Virus record (IMG/VR): IMGVR_UViG_3300025099_000012
Location: 18,300 to 82,299 of that record
Origin: a virus
Reading direction: 5' to 3' (one strand)
Length of the DNA stretch: 64,000 nt
Shown here: in pieces, positions 58,063 through 64,000 of the stretch
Position numbering within the stretch: the first letter of the stretch is position 1
How the letters are laid out: every line of letters begins with the position of its first letter
The notes under the pieces: model-generated
Database searches by the model: none
What the model was told of the DNA's origin: nothing
What the model saw: the letters and a program-made list of their open reading frames with translations, nothing else
Position numbers and translations under genes: made by a program

Positions 58063-58206
58063 ATCCTGAGTACTATTTATTATTGATTGGTGAGCTTAAT
58101 GGCTGCTATCAATACTTGAAAGTTTTAGGGCAACAACGTGACCTAGAAATCATTGAAGAAATGATTATCAAGTACAACAAATTATATTTCAAGACTAAAA
58201 AAGCAT

Positions 58207-58434
58207 ATGAGCAAGAAAGCAAATGTCATCGAGACTAAAGGCACAATTTTCAAAGAAAGTGGTAACGGTTATTTCAATGTTGAATTAGATGAGCCTCCAG
58301 AGCATAAATGTCTTTGTAGAGCATCTGGTCGATTGATTACTAGAAAAATCCAACTATTAGTTGGTGACCGAGTTACCGTAGAACTTAGCCCATATGACTT
58401 GGGACGAGGACGTATTACATTGCGAGAAAAATAA
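58207..58434 (+). CDS. infA: Translation initiation factor IF-1
   Basis: VIE.KG.I....GNGYF.VELD...SGR...I.LL.GDRVTVELSPYDLGRGRI. Confidence 0.9.
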   Translation: MSKKANVIETKGTIFKESGNGYFNVELDEPPEHKCLCRASGRLITRKIQLLVGDRVTVELSPYDLGRGRITLREK

Positions 58435-58868
58435 TGAGTTTAATGAATCAAGCCCGTAAATTTCGGGAAGTTTTCAGTCAAGAATCACTTGATAATATTT
58501 CTCGATACGGTTTTATTAAAAAGAAACTGTGGGATATGCAAGTCTCTCTTGTTGAGGAAGAAGCTGTAGAGTTTCTACAAGCCTCACGAGAGTGCTTCGC
58601 AAATCCAGTAGATCAAGAACTACGCGAAAATCTAGTCAAAGAATTATCAGATCTTGTCTTTGTTTGCTACCAGTTTGCTGCTACTTATAACATCGAATTA
58701 GACGTAGCAATGCAACGCGTATTTGAATCTAATCTCAGTAAACTAGATGAACAAGGGAAGCCCATCTACAGAGAAGATGGCAAAGTTCTAAAAGGACCTA
58801 ATTATAAACAAGCAGATTTATCTGGTTGTGTGCCCGAAGCTCAATCCTATTGCAAACGAGACAAATGA
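58434..58868 (+). CDS. MazG-like NTP pyrophosphohydrolase
   Basis: EEEAVE, KELSDLVFVCY, RVFESNLSKL, REDGKVLKGPNY. Confidence 0.8.
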   Translation: MSLMNQARKFREVFSQESLDNISRYGFIKKKLWDMQVSLVEEEAVEFLQASRECFANPVDQELRENLVKELSDLVFVCYQFAATYNIELDVAMQRVFESNLSKLDEQGKPIYREDGKVLKGPNYKQADLSGCVPEAQSYCKRDK

Positions 58869-60292
58869 AAACTAATAACGTAATTGCACGAACTGGTCGT
58901 GTTCAGAACTGGATGGATGACCCCACATCACGACTGCCTGTCAGCTGCACAGTTTTTGTGTGTGAAGACAGCATGACCGGTGAAAACGGAATTGAAGCTA
59001 GCTGGCGTTACGTAAGTCACGGCCTTCGCTTCGGTGCAGGAGTTGCAGTTCATTTGACAAACCTACGTCCAGCAGGTCATGACAATGGCAAAGGACTTGT
59101 AAGTTCAGGTCCATGCTCTTTTGGAAAAATTTACTCCTGTCTTAATGAGCAGCTACGTAGGGGCGGTGTCTATAAAAATGGTGCTGTCGTTCTTCATTTA
59201 GATCTAAACCACGCTGATATTCTTGAATTTGTCCAAATGCCTAGACAAGAAATACCTTGGGCTAAGCGCTGCGTTAACCTTTCTCCAGTTATGTGGGACA
59301 TGGCTACTCCACAAGTCAAGCAAGAAATACTCAAAGGCATTGCACGTGGAGATATATGGCTTGCAAAAATCAGACATGATCAACATGGTGAAAGAATTTT
59401 CGCGAATGTCTGTTTGGAAGTTTTTATAAAATCAAGAGGCACTTGTTTGTTAGAACACATTTCCTTAGGTGGCTGCACTCTTGAAGAGCTTCCTGGAGCC
59501 TTTGTCGCTGGTATGGCAGAACTATGTTCGTTACATCCCAATACTGGTGTTGAGAAAACTAGCGAGTATCTTTCTCAAGATGAAGATCGTCAAGTTGGAC
59601 TAGGGATGCTGGGTCTAGCCAACCTCCTTGCACTGGAAGGTGTCACATATGCCGAGTTTGGTGAAGCATTGACCGCTCATAACTATCCTGAAGGTCAATA
59701 CAACGTGACTCCTGCTGCACGTAAGATAGTTAAAGCACTTCAAGCAGGTATCGACGGAGCAACTGAAGTAGCACGAAACGCCAACATGGATCGTGCTTTT
59801 GCGATTGCACCTACTGCCTCTTGTAGTTATCGTTATAAAGATCGAGCAGGCTATACCACCACCCCCGAAATTGCACCGCCAATCGGGCGTACCGTGGATA
59901 GGGACAGCTCTACATTCGGGGTCGAATCCTTCGATTACGGTGATGTAGAAACAGCTGAATCAGTAGGCTGGGAAAACTATAAACGCGTAGTTGATGGAAT
60001 CATGGAGATGCTTAATCGCACCGGCCTAGCCCATGGCTATAGTTTCAATTCATGGAGTGACGTAGTTACTTACGACAACGACTTCATTGAAAGCTGGCTT
60101 GATTCTCCGCAAACTTCGCTGTACTACAGTTTGCAAGTTATGCAGAACACGCAAGCCAAAGATGATGCTTTAGCTGCCTTAGATGGTAACTTTGGTGCAA
60201 TGTTCGGCTTTGATGATTCAGAAGATTTAGTCAGCGATCCCGTGCTCGATATCTTTAATGATCCCGCTTCATGCGTGGGTTGTGCAGAGTAA
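58865..60292 (+). CDS. nrdA: Ribonucleotide reductase catalytic subunit (compact cyanophage type)
   Basis: PVSC, ANVCLE, QVGLGMLGLA, AIAPTASCS, SLYY, C-terminal CVGCAE. Confidence 0.85.
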   Translation: MKTNNVIARTGRVQNWMDDPTSRLPVSCTVFVCEDSMTGENGIEASWRYVSHGLRFGAGVAVHLTNLRPAGHDNGKGLVSSGPCSFGKIYSCLNEQLRRGGVYKNGAVVLHLDLNHADILEFVQMPRQEIPWAKRCVNLSPVMWDMATPQVKQEILKGIARGDIWLAKIRHDQHGERIFANVCLEVFIKSRGTCLLEHISLGGCTLEELPGAFVAGMAELCSLHPNTGVEKTSEYLSQDEDRQVGLGMLGLANLLALEGVTYAEFGEALTAHNYPEGQYNVTPAARKIVKALQAGIDGATEVARNANMDRAFAIAPTASCSYRYKDRAGYTTTPEIAPPIGRTVDRDSSTFGVESFDYGDVETAESVGWENYKRVVDGIMEMLNRTGLAHGYSFNSWSDVVTYDNDFIESWLDSPQTSLYYSLQVMQNTQAKDDALAALDGNFGAMFGFDDSEDLVSDPVLDIFNDPASCVGCAE

Positions 60293-60309
60293 ACCTATTA
60301 ACTATAAAA

Positions 60310-61041
60310 ATGAAAGCAGAAACTCCTTACATTCATCTTCATCAGCGCAAACGCACTTGGACTCCAGTCGAAATATCTGCTGGTCAATTGCTTACAGGCG
60401 GTGAAGAAGTCATTCAACGTGCATTAGCACTTCGTTGTCTTGAAATACCTGTAGGTAATTTCATTAGTGATGCTATGAAAGGCGATCTTCCTGACGTCAA
60501 AGGCTGTAAAGAGCTTCTAGCTTCAAACGTTATTGATGAAGAAAATCATGATATTGCCCTCAATTTCGCAGCTAAAGCGCATGAGGTTTCCCCTAAATTT
60601 GAAAAAGAAGCTGCTCACATCTGTAAGACGTGGTTGGAACTTGATAGGCACCCTGTTCTCAAAGCTGTGGTCCTTGAAAGATCCGTGTTCTTCGTCCTCC
60701 TACCGATATTCCGATTCCTGGGAGATACAGGATTGCGCACGACAAGTGCCGATATCAGCCGAGACGAACAGACCCACGTCGCCGCTAACACGCTTGTCTG
60801 TGAAGCGCTTGGACTTAAGTCAGACAAGACGCTCAATAACTTGAGGAGAGCTACGGTTGCTTGGTGCCTTCAATCACTCAAAGGAGAAGCTGAACATAGA
60901 CACTTATCCAGCAACTTCTGGCTTAAAAGTTCAGATTCTCTGTACACTAGAGGTAAAGCTGAAGGGTTAGCCGAGACGCGTGCTAGCAGAATGCCAGCTT
61001 TTTTTGAGACTGCCAATCAGAATCTACCGCAGTATGCATAA
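60310..61041 (+). CDS. nrdB: Ribonucleotide reductase small (ferritin-like) subunit
   Basis: LE...DEENH...LE...DISRDEQTH di-metal ligands; adjacent to large subunit. Confidence 0.75.
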   Translation: MKAETPYIHLHQRKRTWTPVEISAGQLLTGGEEVIQRALALRCLEIPVGNFISDAMKGDLPDVKGCKELLASNVIDEENHDIALNFAAKAHEVSPKFEKEAAHICKTWLELDRHPVLKAVVLERSVFFVLLPIFRFLGDTGLRTTSADISRDEQTHVAANTLVCEALGLKSDKTLNNLRRATVAWCLQSLKGEAEHRHLSSNFWLKSSDSLYTRGKAEGLAETRASRMPAFFETANQNLPQYA

Positions 61042-61766
61042 TGTCTACACCTAATTCTCAACAATTTAGAGATCAATTTCTTATCAGCTTATTTTTAAAC
61101 TCTGACGATAATCCTGATCCTTTTAAAAAGTATCTTTTGCAGTCTGTTTTAAAAGACTATCAACAAAATAATATTAATACATCTATTGACAATGACACAT
61201 TATCTATTCCCTCTATCTTTAATCCTGACAACAACAGTAATGCTGGAGGTTCAGAGCCTAAAAAAGTAAGCACGCCTTCTCCAGTTGTACCTGTTGAATC
61301 TAAGGCACCACAACCTACTACTCCTAAAACTAGTAAATCTAACTCTTCTAATACTCTGTATTACGGAGACAGCATTGCTACCGGATTAGGCCATGGTGGT
61401 GCACGTGGAAATAATAATAGTGATGCAATGTGGGGCAGAGGAGCTGCTGACACACTTGCAATATTGAACAATCGTCCTGAAGGAACATTCAAAGGGAAAG
61501 ACGTTGTCTTGTCTTCTGGAGTTCTGAATAGTGGTGCTGATTGGGATACTGTTAGATCTCAAGTTCGTCTTCTTAAAAATAAAGGGGCAAATTCTATCAG
61601 TCTTGTAGGGGCTCCATCTAATAATGAGCGCTTTAAGGGATATAACAGCAATCTCTCACGTATTTCTAAAGAAGAAGGCATTAACTTCCTTAACGGTTAC
61701 AAGGCTGGAGATGATGGTGTTCATTTTGACTATTCTAGTTCACCCGTGTATCGACCACTTAACTAA
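61041..61766 (+). CDS. Protein with C-terminal SGNH/GDSL-like hydrolase domain
   Basis: YGDSIA, G, SSGVLN, DGVH blocks after a Pro/Ser linker. Confidence 0.7.
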   Translation: MSTPNSQQFRDQFLISLFLNSDDNPDPFKKYLLQSVLKDYQQNNINTSIDNDTLSIPSIFNPDNNSNAGGSEPKKVSTPSPVVPVESKAPQPTTPKTSKSNSSNTLYYGDSIATGLGHGGARGNNNSDAMWGRGAADTLAILNNRPEGTFKGKDVVLSSGVLNSGADWDTVRSQVRLLKNKGANSISLVGAPSNNERFKGYNSNLSRISKEEGINFLNGYKAGDDGVHFDYSSSPVYRPLN

Positions 61767-61792
61767 TTTTTATGCACTATTAAATTAAAGAT

Positions 61793-62077
61793 ATGGATAC
61801 ACTATTAACATTTCTACCTGCAGATAAACTTAAAGTTCAAATACTTGAACAAGAGATTTGTCCGGCTACATTTAATGACAATGAACTGCCAACCGATGTT
61901 CATATTGTTACCTATACTGTAGCTGGAGATACATATTACGATGCTGTACGTGCTTATACTAAAGTCGATATATTTGACGCTTATTACGATAAACTGAAGA
62001 GTATTGGAACGATAAAAGACATTAAGTCTGGACTTGGTAAAATTAGACCTAACTTATATGGCAAAATCAAAAGCTAA
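61793..62077 (+). CDS. Hypothetical protein
   Basis: LPTD...VDIFDAYYD...G.IRPNLYG. Confidence 0.6.
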   Translation: MDTLLTFLPADKLKVQILEQEICPATFNDNELPTDVHIVTYTVAGDTYYDAVRAYTKVDIFDAYYDKLKSIGTIKDIKSGLGKIRPNLYGKIKS

Positions 62078-62188
62078 AACTAAAAGTGAACATGTAGAAG
62101 AGCTTTTAGCTAGGATTGAAGACAAAGTGAATAAACTTACAATTAAACAATTAAAACTATTACACGCTAAACACTTTTCAAATTCATA

Positions 62189-62821
62189 ATGCATTCAGCA
62201 AAACTTATATGGATTACGCCTAATGCGGAATCTTTGGTTGGCAAAATTGCTCGTGTATCTAACCCTAGCAACGAAGATAATCCCGATGTAGATAAGCTCA
62301 TTAAGTACTTAATCAGCCACAAGCATTGGAGTCCATTTGAAATGGCATCTATGTGTGTACAGATTGATACTACACGGGCAATCTCACCTCAAATTCTTCG
62401 TCATCGCTCATTTACATTTCAGGAATTCAGTCAGAGATACGCAATTCCTACCGATACTTTTGCGACTGTACTCCCTGAACTTAGACGACAAGATCATAAC
62501 AATAGACAGAACTCTATTGATGACCTTGAAACTGAAACACAACAATATTACGAGCAACGCATTGACGATCATTTCCGAGAATCAGTAAGACTATACGAAT
62601 CTTTGCTTCACTCAGGTGTGGCAAAAGAATGTGCTCGTGCAGTATTGCCAATTAACACTGTTACCCGGTTATACATGTCCGGTACTATTCGTAGCTGGCT
62701 CCACTATGTTGATTTACGTGGCGACAATGGAACCCAAGCAGAGCATATGTCAATTGCAAAATCAGTCGGTGAAATTCTTAAAGATGAAGTTCCTACAATT
62801 GCTCGCGCTATGTGGGGATGA
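62189..62821 (+). CDS. thyX: Flavin-dependent thymidylate synthase
   Basis: HWSPFE, QILRHRSFTFQEFSQRY, AKECARAVLP, TQAEH. Confidence 0.95.
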   Translation: MHSAKLIWITPNAESLVGKIARVSNPSNEDNPDVDKLIKYLISHKHWSPFEMASMCVQIDTTRAISPQILRHRSFTFQEFSQRYAIPTDTFATVLPELRRQDHNNRQNSIDDLETETQQYYEQRIDDHFRESVRLYESLLHSGVAKECARAVLPINTVTRLYMSGTIRSWLHYVDLRGDNGTQAEHMSIAKSVGEILKDEVPTIARAMWG

Positions 62822-62857
62822 GTTCTAAGATAAAGACTGGAAAAACAAACAGTCATA

Positions 62858-63517
62858 ATGAATTTTATTGCAGCTACTATTGAACTACGATCCTTCATTG
62901 CAGATCCGATCAATGCTTACGGGCTTGACTATTGTGGTGCTAATGCTGTCGTGCCCGCTGGCAGTGGTGCTTCAGAGGTCCAGCTTCGTATTCTCTGCTA
63001 CAACCGAGAAGGAGCAAAGCTTTCTCTTTATAAAGATTGGAAAGAAGGGACCCGTGCACTAATTACTGGCAACCTTGTTTTTTCTGATGATGTAAGCAAG
63101 CCTCTTGATCTTATTGTCACAACAATTGAACCCTCAATTCCTGACAATGTGTATTGCAATCAAGTTGTATTAGGCAATGCATTCTTTGGATCTAATGAAA
63201 TCAAAGAGCGAAAGAACAATCAAGTTGCAGTAAAGATTGGAACAACACTAGATAATTCAGACATTGTTACATGGCTATTTCTTGAGACACATGAATCACG
63301 CAAGAAAAAACTTACAGATCGAATCCGTAGCGGACGCCCTATCTGCGTTCAAGGCTATCTCCGCGAATATCGCAAAGACGGGAGTGACAGTCCTTATCGA
63401 GCTATCGTCGCTTCTGACTTCACTACTCGTAAGGATAAGGAGCGAACTCAACGGAATCCACAAACGAACGGTTCAGCGGCGGGTTACTCAGAGGTGGATC
63501 CGACGCCGGACTATTGA
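62858..63517 (+). CDS. Tandem OB-fold SSB-like protein
   Basis: GTRALITGNL and NQVVLG...GRPICVQGYLREY; acidic tail EVDPTPDY. Confidence 0.6.
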   Translation: MNFIAATIELRSFIADPINAYGLDYCGANAVVPAGSGASEVQLRILCYNREGAKLSLYKDWKEGTRALITGNLVFSDDVSKPLDLIVTTIEPSIPDNVYCNQVVLGNAFFGSNEIKERKNNQVAVKIGTTLDNSDIVTWLFLETHESRKKKLTDRIRSGRPICVQGYLREYRKDGSDSPYRAIVASDFTTRKDKERTQRNPQTNGSAAGYSEVDPTPDY

Positions 63518-63575
63518 TCGAAGCAAGCATCTCAAGTCAGGAAAACTTGGCTGGGATGCTCCTGTTTATAAATAA

Positions 63576-63869
63576 TTAATCAAATGGAGTAGGTCCACCC
63601 AGCATGCCAGTTTGCATGAAAGTTTTTTGTTTTTTAAAAAACTTTTCTAAGTCAGGTGATATACCTAAAGGAGCTGTACCTATTTCTTGAATTTTGGCAA
63701 TCCCGCCTGTCATATCTTTGCCTATCAAGCCAGGGATAACTCCTTGCGACATGTCTTTGCCAGTAACTGCACCAACTAAACCACCTTGATTTACTAAATC
63801 AGTGAGGTCAATTCCAGTTATTGCTCCAGCTAAACCTTTCCCAAAAATGTCTGCAAATTGCATCATCAA
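63576..63869 (-). CDS. Inserted Gly-rich late-type protein
   Basis: G...A.TG.D repeats; TACAATAG at 63885-63892. Confidence 0.55.
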   Translation of the reverse strand: MMMQFADIFGKGLAGAITGIDLTDLVNQGGLVGAVTGKDMSQGVIPGLIGKDMTGGIAKIQEIGTAPLGISPDLEKFFKKQKTFMQTGMLGGPTPFD

Positions 63870-63926
63870 CTATCTCACATTTAACTATTGTACTAACTAT
63901 ATTTGAAAGGTCGATATTAACTACAT

Positions 63927-64000
63927 ATGACCCTACAAGTACTGCCTCCTGAACTTCTTGAGGCACCAAAAGAAAGAATTGAAACTAAAGAACCTCAACC
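63927..64000 (+). CDS. Partial CDS running off window
   Basis: MTLQVLPPELLEAPKERIETKEPQ. Confidence 0.5.
   Translation, partial: MTLQVLPPELLEAPKERIETKEPQ

Noticed and set aside
1-64000. tRNA genes, integrase, reverse transcriptase/DGR, or stop-codon reassignment
   Set aside because: No cloverleaf, recombinase or RT motifs recognised by eye, and known genes end at expected lengths under the standard code. tRNAscan was not run.

Overview
This 64-kb window is part of a large lytic cyanophage genome. It carries psbA, hli, talC, petF, a cyanobacterial-type sigma-70, IF-1, the cyanophage-type RNR and thyX. The major capsid protein looks like neither T4 gp23 nor T7 gp10. The genome recalls the S-TIM5-like lineage, but that is from memory and needs a database check. 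Left arm (1-35.2 kb, mostly minus strand): late/virion genes, including an endolysin, tail fibres, capsid, sigma factor, scaffold/portal/terminase and a large block of putative internal virion proteins. Many are preceded by a -10-only TA[ACG]AATA motif. A non-coding pivot at 35.2-35.85 kb is followed on the plus strand by many tiny early genes, then host-takeover, photosynthesis and nucleotide-metabolism genes, with AT-rich late-type genes inserted among them. The strongest novel signal is about 19 copies of a hairpin element in front of the early genes. Its stem sequence covaries. In 16 copies the loop centre lies exactly 19.5 nt upstream of an RTGYYC box (usually GTGTTC), and the template-strand loop is mostly G..A. 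The first unit behind it (35883-36116) has only 3 adenines in 234 nt, starting exactly at that box. Together these suggest an undescribed hairpin-promoter early transcription/entry system. Other leads: an R-x-A-G motif shared by many late proteins, Lys-free Arg/Met-rich proteins with a possible frameshift, a 494-nt portal/scaffold dual-coding overlap, and a psbA 3' end recoded next to an EndoVII-type homing endonuclease.
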